Origin: Alphaproteobacteria bacterium
GTDB lineage: Bacteria; Pseudomonadota; Alphaproteobacteria; MPNO01; UBA830
Direction of reading: 5' to 3'
Assembly (NCBI GenBank): GCA_964291215.2
Contig: OZ219790.1
Span: forward strand, 1,920,001 to 1,984,000
Length of the DNA stretch: 64,000 bases
How positions within the stretch are numbered: the stretch's first letter is position 1; every line of letters begins with the position of its first letter. This document shows, piece by piece, positions 12,377 to 21,750 of the stretch. The notes below the pieces were generated by a model. That model was given only the letters and a program-made list of their open reading frames with translations, did no database searches and was not told the origin of the DNA. The position numbers and the translations under genes were made by a program.

Positions 12377-12897
12377 GGCCCGGCACCCGCGGCTTCGCGG
12401 ACCACCTTCCGGGTGCTGCGGTTGTGCGCATGACAGATCGCCACCGCCAGGGCGTCGGCGGCGTCAGCCTGTTGGGATCCCGCAGTTGGCAGCAGCACCC
12501 GCACCATCGCCTGCACCTGGCGTTTCGCGGCGTGCCCGTTGCCGACGAGCGTCTTCTTGACGTGGTTGGCGGAATATTCCGCTACATCCAGCCCCGACTG
12601 CGCCGGCGCCAGCATCACCGCCGCACGCGCATGGCCGAGCTTGAGCGTCGAGGCCGGATTGCGGTTGACGAAGGTCTCCTCGATCGCGGCCTCGTCGGGG
12701 CGGTAGGTGACCACGATATCGACAATGCCGTCGAAGAGCTCAAGCAGACGGTGCGCCAGCGGCGCGGCGCGACTGGAGGCGACGACACCGCTGGCAACGT
12801 GGCGCAGGACATTGCCGTCGACATCGATCACGCCCCACCCGGTGCGCTGGAGCCCGGGGTCGAGTCCGATCAGCCTGATTGCTCCGGCCCACGCCAT
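12373..12897 (-). CDS. ruvC: crossover junction endodeoxyribonuclease RuvC
   Basis: IGLDPGL, EETFVN, DAADALAVAICH. Confidence 0.97.
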   Translation of the reverse strand: MAWAGAIRLIGLDPGLQRTGWGVIDVDGNVLRHVASGVVASSRAAPLAHRLLELFDGIVDIVVTYRPDEAAIEETFVNRNPASTLKLGHARAAVMLAPAQSGLDVAEYSANHVKKTLVGNGHAAKRQVQAMVRVLLPTAGSQQADAADALAVAICHAHNRSTRKVVREAAGAGP

Positions 12898-12907
12898 TAC
12901 CACGTCT

Positions 12908-13654
12908 TCAGCCCGCCAGACCCTCGAGCACGTCATCGTCGACCTCGAAGTTCGCGGAGATCGACTGCACGTCGTCGCTGTCCTCGAGGGTCTCGAGAAG
13001 CCTGAACAGCGGCGCCGCGCTGTCGGCGTCCACGGCCACCGTGCTCAGGGGACGCCAGGAAAGCCCGGCGCGACCGGCGGCGCCGAACCGCTCCTCGAGC
13101 GCCTGGCGGATGTCGTTGAAATCGTCGGGCCCGCATACCACCTCGTGACCACCGCCGCCGGATTCGACGTCCTGCGCGCCGGCCTCAAGGGCAGCCTCGA
13201 ACATCTCGTCGACCGTCGCGGCACCCCCAGAATAGGCAATCTGCCCGACGCGCTCGAACATGAAGCTGACGCTGTTGGTTTCTCCGAGATTGCCGCCGAA
13301 CTTCGAAAAGGCGGCGCGGACCTCGCTCGCGGTGCGGTTGCGGTTGTCGGTGAGCGCCTCGACGATGATGGCGACGCCGCTGGGCCCGTAGCCTTCGTAA
13401 CGGATTTCCTCGAACTGTTCGCCGTCGTCGCCGCCCGAACCGCGGGCGATCGCGCGCTCCATGGTGTCCTTGCCCATATTGGCGCTCTTGGCCGAGGCGA
13501 TCGCCGCGCGGAGACGCGGGTTTCCGTCGGGATCGCTGCCTGCGCGCGCCGCAGTGGTCAGTTCGCGAATGATCTTCGTGAACACGCGGGCGCGCTTCTG
13601 GTCCTGTGCGCCCTTGCGATACATGATGTTCTTGAACTTGGAATGACCCGCCAT
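12908..13654 (-). CDS. yebC: YebC/PmpR family protein
   Basis: MAGHSKFKNI, YEGYGPSG, TDNRNRT; upstream of ruvC. Confidence 0.97.
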   Translation of the reverse strand: MAGHSKFKNIMYRKGAQDQKRARVFTKIIRELTTAARAGSDPDGNPRLRAAIASAKSANMGKDTMERAIARGSGGDDGEQFEEIRYEGYGPSGVAIIVEALTDNRNRTASEVRAAFSKFGGNLGETNSVSFMFERVGQIAYSGGAATVDEMFEAALEAGAQDVESGGGGHEVVCGPDDFNDIRQALEERFGAAGRAGLSWRPLSTVAVDADSAAPLFRLLETLEDSDDVQSISANFEVDDDVLEGLAG

Positions 13655-13848
13655 ATCCGCTCCGCCATGAATTCCACCACCCGTCCGCCAAGCGCTAGAC
13701 GCCCGTGTGGCATAATGCTGCACCAATATGGCAAGAATAGGGCCGCCGTCCGAGTCTTATCAGTCTAACGCACTTAACCCAAGTTGGCATTTTTTGCGTC
13801 AGTTGAAGGGGAAATTTATGCGGCAGCCTCACTCGATATACTATATGT

Positions 13849-14370
13849 CCCCACTTCCAGTCTGAAGTGCAACACCCGGCCCTCATCGCAGTGAGGGCGT
13901 AGCCCGAACGGAGATGAGGGCCGGGTGTTGCACAAGTTTTCCTCCTCTGCCCCTCTCGATTCCGCCTGGAAACAGCTTCAGTTCCTTCAACATCGAGCTT
14001 ATGCAACGCCTTTGTCGGCTTCAAGCCACTATCTAAGGCGTCAACCGCCAGGAAACAGACGAGGCTGCCCTGCGTTTCTGCCATCCTTTGCGCCTGCTTG
14101 TGACGGTAACCCCGTCCCCCGGTGTTGCGCTTGATCTCCCGGTAAATTGTTGATCGGCCCAGCTGCCGAGCAATCGCACCTTGTGAAAGACCGCTTTTCT
14201 GCCTCAATCTGGCATCGCTCTTCGTAGGTGACGGTAGCCTTTGGACATGAACAAGCTCCCTCCATCTTGTACAGGAACTTTCGCCGCTGCTGGACAGCTC
14301 CGCAACATCATGCGTCTAAAAACACATGGTCACAGCCCATCATGTGTTGCACTTCACTATGGAACGGGGG
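13849..14370 (-). mobile_element. internally deleted IS30-family element
   Basis: Terminal IRs ttccagtctgaagtgcaacac / ttccatagtgaagtgcaacac; only HTH N-terminus of transposase remains (YEERCQIE..LSQGAIARQLGRSTIYREIKRN). Confidence 0.75.
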
Positions 14371-14412
14371 TACCCACCAAAAACCATCAATACAATGTAG
14401 TAGGACTGCTAG
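14371..14412 (-). mobile_element. orphan terminus of an IS630-like element
   Basis: Reverse complement matches the left end of the IS630-like element at 63011 (cattgtattgatggtttttggtgggta) and ends at CTAG. Confidence 0.6.
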
Positions 14413-15428
14413 ACCAATTCTGGAAATTGCAGAACGAGGCCGTTGCCGCCAAGCGGTACGCGCTTCTCTCCAAGGGCTGGACCGAGGTTGTCGTGCTCGA
14501 CATGGGCGAGCGATTCCACAAATGGGACCATGTGACAACGCCCAAGGACGAAGGCGGACGGGTCTATATCGAGGTGCGAGAGAACGGCGAAGTCACCGTT
14601 CACGAGGGCTTTGTCACCTCGAAAGAGCATCAGCGCCGACTGCGGAAAGCGGGAAACGAAGACGAGAAGAACGTCGCCACTGCCGACCGACCCGAACTCA
14701 CCAATCCGGCGCAGAATGATCTTGAGCTCCACCGCCACGCCGCCGTGCGCCACGCCTTGTTGAGCCATCCGGGCATCGCCCTCCGGCTCATGGTCGCTTA
14801 CGCCATCGGCGGCTCAGCGCTGTGGCAAACCCAGCCCGACCCGCAGACGACGCGCAAGGAGGAAATCGCCAGGAGCATCGCGAAATCGAAGGCCGAGACC
14901 GCATTGACCGAAGAACGCAAGGCCGTTTTGAAGTGTCTCGGATTGCCCGCGCACGGTCATTCCGTCGTCCGCTCGAACGGCGACGACTATCGCGTGGCCG
15001 AGCTTTTCGCCGCGCTCTTGAAACTTGGCGACGACGAGGTGATGCGGGTGCTCGCCCTCGTCATGGCCGAGACCTTGGAAGTCGGAACCGCCGTCGTCGA
15101 AGCGCTCGGCAGCCACATCAAGGTGGACATGCGAGACTATTGGCAGGCGGACGACGCCTTCTTCGACCTTCTCCGCAACAAGGCGGCGGTCAACGCCATG
15201 CTCCGTCATATCGGCGGCAAGGCCGTGGCCGACGCCAACGTGACGGCTACGACCAAGGTGCAGAAGAAGATCATCCGGGATTTCATCACCGGCGATGGTC
15301 GGAGACAAGCCGAAGGCTGGCTGCCGCGCTATATGGAGTTCCCTTTCAAGGCCTTCAAGGCCTACACGAAAGCAGGTGGCGGGCGGCTCACAGAGAACAC
15401 GGCACGCATCAAATCGTTCGTTTCCTGA
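14413..15428 (+). pseudogene. 5'-truncated ParB/RepB/Spo0J-like protein of ICE/plasmid type (C-terminal part)
   Basis: Open frame resembling C-terminus of alphaproteobacterial ICE ParB-like proteins (LHRHAAVR, WQADDAFFDL, WLPRYMEFP); 5' end replaced by IS ends. Confidence 0.6.
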
Positions 15429-15656
15429 AACCGGCGGCAGGCGGGAGCGGCCCTCTCACCCGAACGGGAGGGCCGCGAGCGCCGGTCGCAGTCCGAGACG
15501 CGTCTCTCGCCTACGACCGCTTCAAGCCCAATCTACGGGATGCTGGGCATTGAACGAACAACCGAAAAGCGTGCATGGCCGATCTTCGGGCGTTCTGGCG
15601 TGACAAATACAGAAACCGCTGCGATGCTTCGTCAAACTCCGAATGGAAAGCCGATC

Positions 15657-16250
15657 ATGAGCGACGAAGAGCCAGTAAACAGAACGATTATTGACCGGGC
15701 AAATTTGCCGCAGATGTTTCCTACGCATCGGCATGAACCCGAATTTTGGGAACACCTTGGGCGGACAATCGCATCGTTCGGATTCCTAGAGGAAGTTCTA
15801 GGGAAAGCGATCTTCGCGTTCACCGCTACCCGGCGCTACAGCGAAGACGAGATTGACAAAGCGTACCAGGCTTGGCTTCCAAAACTTGAACGGGCTTTGA
15901 CCGACCAGCTTGTTAATCTTGCAGAGGCGTACGGCAAGGCGACCCGGGACAATCCCGACACGACAACCGAAAATGTCTCTGATCTTGTCAAGGATATCAA
16001 GTGTGCTGCGGCTATCCGCAATGTGCTTTGCCACGGAAGCTGGCGCGCGCCCGACGCCAACGGCGCGTCTATTCCATTGTTCGTGAATCGACAGAAAGAG
16101 ATATTTGAGACGCCAATCGACGTGTCTTTTCTGCGAAAAGTCCAAGCTCACGTAGCCGACCTATCGTGCAGCGTCATGGACACGGTTACGCACATGAGAT
16201 GGCAATTCCCTAGCCCGAAGTTCCAGCACCGATCAGACGTATCATTATGA
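15657..16250 (+). CDS. hypothetical protein, possible HEPN-like; C-terminus altered by IS insertion
   Basis: Lower-GC ORF with RNVLCH (RxxxxH); last ~13 codons derive from IS end at 16210. Confidence 0.55.
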   Translation: MSDEEPVNRTIIDRANLPQMFPTHRHEPEFWEHLGRTIASFGFLEEVLGKAIFAFTATRRYSEDEIDKAYQAWLPKLERALTDQLVNLAEAYGKATRDNPDTTTENVSDLVKDIKCAAAIRNVLCHGSWRAPDANGASIPLFVNRQKEIFETPIDVSFLRKVQAHVADLSCSVMDTVTHMRWQFPSPKFQHRSDVSL

Positions 16251-17180
16251 ATGTATTGACGTTTGAAAAAATCGGGTGTGTCGCTACTGGGAACGCTACA
16301 AGCGTACGCCGAGGTAGTCCAGGGCCTTTTTCTGGAGCGGCGTGGGCCGCGTGGTGACCTGGAAGGGTTGGGGCGCCCGCAAGGCGGGGCGCCACGGTGT
16401 TGCGGGTGGCGAGATCGTCGATGAGGGTGGAGAAGCTGTGCCACCCCCGGGTGTCCTCTTAGTTGCCGCCTTGGCCCGGGCGCTCGCCGAGACCTCTGCC
16501 GGCGCCACGACGGAAGACCGCCTTCGGCATCCTCGTCGTCGAACAGCATGGGCTTCAGTTTCTGGCGCATGTGCCATTCAACGTAATAGGCGAGCATGCA
16601 CAGGAAGACGTGGGTCCGGGGCGGTGGTAGACGGGACGGACCTTCAGATCCACGGTCTTGAGGCTGCGGAAGGCCCGTTCCACCGAACTCAACCGCTTGT
16701 AGGCGCGCACCGTGCCGTCGAGCTCGCTCTGCGGCAGGCGGATCACGTAGAGGAGCCTGGCCTCGGCGGCAGCCTCATCGCGCCCATAGGTGAAGACACC
16801 GTCGTCGTCGATGGACCACGTGAAGTGCTTCGCCATCTTGTACTTGCCGATGACCTTGCCGACCCTCTCCCCGATCTTCCCGGCGCTTGTCGCGCCGTGT
16901 CGCTGCTGCGATCGGTTCAGGCAGGACCTCGGTGGCCTCGAGCAGTTCCTGGCGCTTGCGGGCCCGGTCCAGCAGGGGGTTGCGGCAGAGGCGTTCGCCG
17001 GGATACGCATCGCTGGTGATCTCCACCAGGTCCCTCTCGTCGAAGAGCGACATCTCGATGTCGCCGGCCTCCACAAGGGCGCGGATGCCCCTCAAGGCGC
17101 TGATCCAGTCCAGGCCTGCGGGCTTCACCTCCTCGCGTATCCGCGCCTCGGACAGACCCTTCCGGAGCTGCGACGTGTAT
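16210..17180 (-). mobile_element. degraded IS1634-family element (right part)
   Basis: Frameshifted fragments DWISALR, LFDERDL, YKRLSSVERAFRSLKTVDLKVRPVYH, MLAYYVEWHMR; end ggaacttcgggctag. Confidence 0.8.
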
Positions 17181-17369
17181 CGGACAGGACGCAATGTGTT
17201 TGTGAACTGACATCCCCGCACCATGACAACTTCAGTACAGGAAAGCCAGCGAAAACTGCAAAAAAATCTCTCGCACCAACCCGCGCCCCCCGCAAAGCCC
17301 AGGTACTGCCTTGAAAAATCAAACAGAATTTAGCGTAGGATCACCCTGCCACCCTCCTGTCGCGGGCGG

Positions 17370-18182
17370 TCAGTCGGGCAACGCCTCCTGCAGCCGCCCG
17401 CCGACGCGCACCGGCTGTATCGCCACGGCGAGTCCGGTCGCATCGTCAGTGTCGACAAGGACACCGCAGAGCGTCGCTTCAGCCCCCGCCGCTTCCATGC
17501 GCACGGTCGGCATCTTGCGTACGAACCGCTCCATGCTGATCTCCTTGCGCACCCCGATGACCGAGTCGTAGTCGCCGCACATGCCGAGGTCGGAGATGTA
17601 ACCGGTTCCGCCTGGCAGGATCTGCGCATCGGCAGTCGGTACATGCGTGTGGGTGCCGACGACAGCGGAGACACGGCCGTCGACGAAATGGCCCATGGCC
17701 ATCTTCTCGCTGGTCGCCTCGCCATGGAAATCAAGGAGAATGGCGTCGCAGTTGCCGCCAAGCCGCCACGTGCCGAGCATCGCGGACACTGCAGCAAAGG
17801 GATCGTCGAGCGGATCCATGAACAGCCGCCCCATCAGGTGGAGGACGACAAGGTTGCGCCCGCGCCCGTCCGAGATCCTTGCCACGCCGCAGCCGGGCGT
17901 GCCCGCAGGATAGTTGTCGGGCCGCAGGAGCCGGACCTCCTTGTCGAAATGGGAGATGATCTCCCTGCGGTCCCAGACATGGTTGCCGGTAGTCAGAAGA
18001 TCCGCCCCCGCCGCGAACAGCTGTTCGCAGATCTTCGGCGTGATCCCGAAACCGCTGGCCGCGTTCTCGCCGTTGACCACCGCGAAATCCACGTCATACC
18101 GTTCCCGCAAGGCGGGAAGGTGGGTCTCGACTGCCTTGCGGCCAGCGCGCCCGAACACGTCGCCACACACAAGAATGCGCAT
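17370..18182 (-). CDS. ymdB: TIGR00282/YmdB family metallophosphoesterase
   Basis: GDVFG, VNGENA, GNHVWD, DFHGEATSEK, GTHTHVPT. Confidence 0.95.
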   Translation of the reverse strand: MRILVCGDVFGRAGRKAVETHLPALRERYDVDFAVVNGENAASGFGITPKICEQLFAAGADLLTTGNHVWDRREIISHFDKEVRLLRPDNYPAGTPGCGVARISDGRGRNLVVLHLMGRLFMDPLDDPFAAVSAMLGTWRLGGNCDAILLDFHGEATSEKMAMGHFVDGRVSAVVGTHTHVPTADAQILPGGTGYISDLGMCGDYDSVIGVRKEISMERFVRKMPTVRMEAAGAEATLCGVLVDTDDATGLAVAIQPVRVGGRLQEALPD

Positions 18183-18199
18183 TCGCCCGAACTCCCCGG

Positions 18200-18841
18200 T
18201 TATCGGCCGCCGGCGAGCGGTACCGGACCGCTTTCGGCAATCACGGCGTCAAGCGGCTCGTCGCCACGCGCGACCGGTACCCGCGCCGATTCCTGGGCCG
18301 CGTAGGCGGCGCCGACAGCAAAGACCGGTCCGGCGCCACGAAGCTCGCGCAGGGTGCGGTCATAGTAGCCCCCGCCATATCCGAGCCGGGTGCCCGTCCT
18401 GTCGAAGGCAAGGAGCGGGGCGACCACCACCTGCGGCGTCGCAGAACGCCCGTCCGCGGGTTCCGACAGGCCGAACGCCGCGGTCCGGAGACGCTCGCCC
18501 GGGCGCCAGGACACGAACCCGAGGGGCTTGCCGGGGCCGCGCAGTACCGGGAGGACGATCCGATGCCCGGCCACCGCAAGCCGATCGATGAGCGGCCGCA
18601 CATCGATTTCGGTACGGATCGGCCAGTACAGCGCCACCACCGCGTCCGCAGAGAGCCGATCGGCGAAACTTGCGAGGAAATGGCCGGCCAGCGCCCTGCC
18701 CACCGCCGGGTGCAGGCGCGCATGCGCCCGGGCGCGGCGGTCGGCCGCCTCTGCGCGGAGCGCCGCCTTCGCAGCCTCCGCGCCTGCAGCCCCGTTATCC
18801 GCCGCCTGGACGCCGACAGCAGTCACGCGGGCCGTCCGCAC
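18200..18841 (-). CDS. ygfA: 5-formyltetrahydrofolate cyclo-ligase
   Basis: PLLAFDRTGTRLGYGGGYYDRTL; start uncertain. Confidence 0.93.
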   Translation of the reverse strand: MRTARVTAVGVQAADNGAAGAEAAKAALRAEAADRRARAHARLHPAVGRALAGHFLASFADRLSADAVVALYWPIRTEIDVRPLIDRLAVAGHRIVLPVLRGPGKPLGFVSWRPGERLRTAAFGLSEPADGRSATPQVVVAPLLAFDRTGTRLGYGGGYYDRTLRELRGAGPVFAVGAAYAAQESARVPVARGDEPLDAVIAESGPVPLAGGR

Positions 18842-18902
18842 CGCCGGTCCCCGGCGCAGACATCAGCACGCCGCTGGCCCGGACCACTCCATCGTGTCAC
18901 CG

Positions 18903-19292
18903 TCATCCGGTCGCCGATCCGGCGTCGTCACGGGTGCGAAGGGCGGCGAGCGCAGCCGCGAGTCCCTCGATGCGGCCGGCGGCGTCGACCAGGCCATCCG
19001 CCAGTTCCGCGCGCTCCCTCTCGGCACTGTCCGCCGCCTGCCGCGCGGCAGCAGCCTCCGCGCCCTTTTCGGCAAGCGCGGCGCGGGCCTCCTCGAGGTC
19101 GGAGGCAATCATGAGCGCAGTCATGACGAGCAGCAGCGGCTGGCTGGCGGAGCTGACGCGCGTCGCCAGCTCGCCGACCTGTTTGTCGATACCTCCGGCG
19201 AGCGCGATCACCTGGTCTTCCGTGCCGTCTTCGCACGCGATCTGGTAGCTCCGCCCACCGACCGTTATCGCAATCGTCGCCATGTCATTCAC
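18903..19292 (-). CDS. zapA: cell division protein ZapA
   Basis: ITVGGRSYQIACEDG, LLVMTALMIA. Confidence 0.88.
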   Translation of the reverse strand: MNDMATIAITVGGRSYQIACEDGTEDQVIALAGGIDKQVGELATRVSSASQPLLLVMTALMIASDLEEARAALAEKGAEAAAARQAADSAERERAELADGLVDAAGRIEGLAAALAALRTRDDAGSATG

Positions 19293-19506
19293 CGAGCAAA
19301 GTCCGGATCTGTCCGATGACCGCGGTCAGCCGCCGGGACGCGGCAGCCAGCGTCCGTTCGAGTTCGTAGCAGCGCACGCGCATCTCGGCGCCGTCGGCCT
19401 CCAGCGCCGCCACTGTCCGCTGTTCGAGGGTCAGGTGCCGCACCGAACCCTCGAGGGACGCAATGGCCTGGTCAAGTCTCGCTCTCGCTTCGGGCAGTCC
19501 GGACAC
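19285..19506 (-). CDS. small coiled-coil protein (DUF4164-like) upstream of zapA
   Basis: RLDQAIASLE...IGQIRTLLGE; conserved position. Confidence 0.65.
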   Translation of the reverse strand: MSGLPEARARLDQAIASLEGSVRHLTLEQRTVAALEADGAEMRVRCYELERTLAAASRRLTAVIGQIRTLLGE

Positions 19507-19586
19507 GAAAACCCCTAACGCATGGATTATCTTGTTATTTACACTATATCCTGTTCCCCTGGAAGATGTCAACGCCTATATAGACC

Positions 19587-20081
19587 TTGGCGGCAGGCTT
19601 CCGCCACGCGGCGCCGGCAGGACAGGAAGGACAAGTGGAGCAGCCGCAGGACATCCGCCCGGTCTTCATCATCCACTCGCTGGCCGATGCCGCGGCGGCG
19701 GCGCTGGCGGCCACGAAGGCGGGAAAGGCGGTTACGCTTTCGAGCGCGCCGGGGGCGACGGGCTATGCCGGCGCCGGATGGTTCCTGGCCGTCCTCGCCG
19801 CGCTGGCCGAAACGCAGCCGGCGGCGGACATCGACGGCCTTCTCGACTGCGGCGACGACGCTGCAGCAGCCATCGAGGCCCTGCATGCGGGTGCGCGGTG
19901 GATCCGCCTCGACGGCGCCGGGACGGTCCTGCGGGAAGTCGCCGAACTTGCCGAATCGGCAGGAGCCAGACTCAACGGCCCTGCCGGACCGGCGCTCGAT
20001 CTCGGGAAGATCCGCGACATCGACGAAGCGTGCCGCGACTTCCTCGCCCGAACGCCGTCCCGGGGCGGCGCCGCCGTTTGA
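19587..20081 (+). CDS. conserved hypothetical protein upstream of fba
   Basis: IIHSLADA, LSSAPGA, LLDCGDD; true start may be GTG 19636. Confidence 0.65.
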   Translation: MAAGFRHAAPAGQEGQVEQPQDIRPVFIIHSLADAAAAALAATKAGKAVTLSSAPGATGYAGAGWFLAVLAALAETQPAADIDGLLDCGDDAAAAIEALHAGARWIRLDGAGTVLREVAELAESAGARLNGPAGPALDLGKIRDIDEACRDFLARTPSRGGAAV

Positions 20082-20153
20082 AAACGGCGCCCCGTTGCGC
20101 TATGCAGCGAATCTGCGAGGTGGAACGTCGACACGCCCTGGAGCAAATGAAGC

Positions 20154-21074
20154 ATGCGCATCAGCCGAAAAGTCAGGACAATCCTGGCGCAATACGAAAG
20201 TGACAATCCGGGAACCAAAGGCAATCTCGCCCGCATACTGATGAGCGGCCGTCTCGGCGGCACCGGGAAGCTGGTAATCCTGCCAGTTGACCAGGGTTTC
20301 GAGCACGGTCCGGCGCGGAGTTTCGCGGCCAATCCCGAAGCCTACGATCCGCACTACCATTTCCGGCTGGCCGTCGACGCCGGCCTGTCGGCCTATGCGG
20401 CGCCGCTCGGCATGCTCGAGGCCGGCGCAGACAGCTTCGTCGGCGCGGTGCCGACAATTCTCAAGTGCAATTCGGCAAACTCGCTGGCGTCCAATACCGA
20501 CCAGGCGGTCACCGCATCGGTCGGTGACGCGCTGCGCCTCGGCTGCGCCGCGATCGGCTTCACCGTATATCCCGGTTGCGAGGACCAGTACGAGATGATC
20601 GAGGAGATCCGCGAACTCGCAGAAGAAGCGAAGTCCGCAGGCCTCGCCGTGGTTATCTGGTCCTATCCGCGCGGACCGGCGCTGTCGAAGGAAGGCGAGA
20701 CCGCGGCCGATATCTGCGCCTACGCGGCGCACATGGCGGCGCTGATCGGCGCTCACATCATCAAGGTCAAGCCGCCGACAGACGCACTCTTTCTCGACGC
20801 GGCCGCGAAGGTCTACCAGGAATTGTCGATACCGGTCGGGACGCTGACCGAACGAATTGCGCATGTCGTGCAATCCTGCTTCAATGGGCGGCGGCTGGTG
20901 GTGTTCTCCGGCGGCGAGGCCAAGGATCTGGACGGCGTCTACGATGAGGTTCGCGCGATCCGCGACGGTGGTGGCAACGGATCGATCATCGGCCGCAACA
21001 CTTTCCAGCGCCCGCGGAACGACGCCCTGAAGATGCTCGATACGATCATCCGCATCTACCGGGGACAGGCCTGA
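20154..21074 (+). CDS. fbaB: class I fructose-bisphosphate aldolase (DhnA type)
   Basis: [34 protein letters not shown]. Confidence 0.93.
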   Translation: MRISRKVRTILAQYESDNPGTKGNLARILMSGRLGGTGKLVILPVDQGFEHGPARSFAANPEAYDPHYHFRLAVDAGLSAYAAPLGMLEAGADSFVGAVPTILKCNSANSLASNTDQAVTASVGDALRLGCAAIGFTVYPGCEDQYEMIEEIRELAEEAKSAGLAVVIWSYPRGPALSKEGETAADICAYAAHMAALIGAHIIKVKPPTDALFLDAAAKVYQELSIPVGTLTERIAHVVQSCFNGRRLVVFSGGEAKDLDGVYDEVRAIRDGGGNGSIIGRNTFQRPRNDALKMLDTIIRIYRGQA

Positions 21075-21078
21075 TCAC

Positions 21079-21711
21079 ATTCGCGCCGCGCGCTGCCAGC
21101 TCTATCTCGTCACCCCGCCCCGCCTCGAAGGCGGCGCCGGAGAATTCGCCGACATTGCGGCCGCGGCCCTCGATGCGGGGCCGGTCGCCTGTCTCCAGCT
21201 TCGTCTGAAGAACGCCTCCGATGACGAAATCCGCGCCACCTGCGACATCCTTCGCCCCGTGGCCCAGGAGCGCGGCGTCGCCTTCGTCCTGAACGACCGC
21301 GCCGACCTGGCGGCGGAGCTCGGCTGCGACGGCGTCCATGTCGGCCAGGAGGATGTTGCCTGCGCCGAGGCCCGCACGCTGGTCGGTCCCGACGCAATCG
21401 TCGGCGTCACCTGCAAGACATCCCGGCATCTCGCCCTCGAGGCCTGCGAAGCCGGCGCCGACTATGTCGCGTTCGGCGCGTTCTTCGCCTCGCCCACCAA
21501 GGAGGCGACGACCCCCGCGGACCCGGACATCCTGTCGTGGTGGCAGGAGACGGTCACGGTCCCGTGCGTAGCCATCGGCGGCATCACCGTGGAGAACTGC
21601 GCCCCGCTGGTCGCGGCCGGCGCCGACTTGCTCGCCGTGGCGTCGGGCGTTTGGGACCATCCCGGCGGACCGGCCGTCGCGGTGCGGGACTTCGGCAGCC
21701 GGCTCACCTGA
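21079..21711 (+). CDS. thiE: thiamine phosphate synthase
   Basis: [37 protein letters not shown]; no standard start codon in frame upstream (ATT assumed). Confidence 0.88.
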   Translation: MRAARCQLYLVTPPRLEGGAGEFADIAAAALDAGPVACLQLRLKNASDDEIRATCDILRPVAQERGVAFVLNDRADLAAELGCDGVHVGQEDVACAEARTLVGPDAIVGVTCKTSRHLALEACEAGADYVAFGAFFASPTKEATTPADPDILSWWQETVTVPCVAIGGITVENCAPLVAAGADLLAVASGVWDHPGGPAVAVRDFGSRLT

Positions 21712-21750
21712 CGTCGGACGGCCGGCAGAGGGACCAGCCCTGTCCCGGCA

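Noticed and set aside
15345-15362. 9-bp tandem duplication ttcaaggcc in the ParB-like remnant
   Set aside because: In-frame slippage in a pseudogene; no evidence of function
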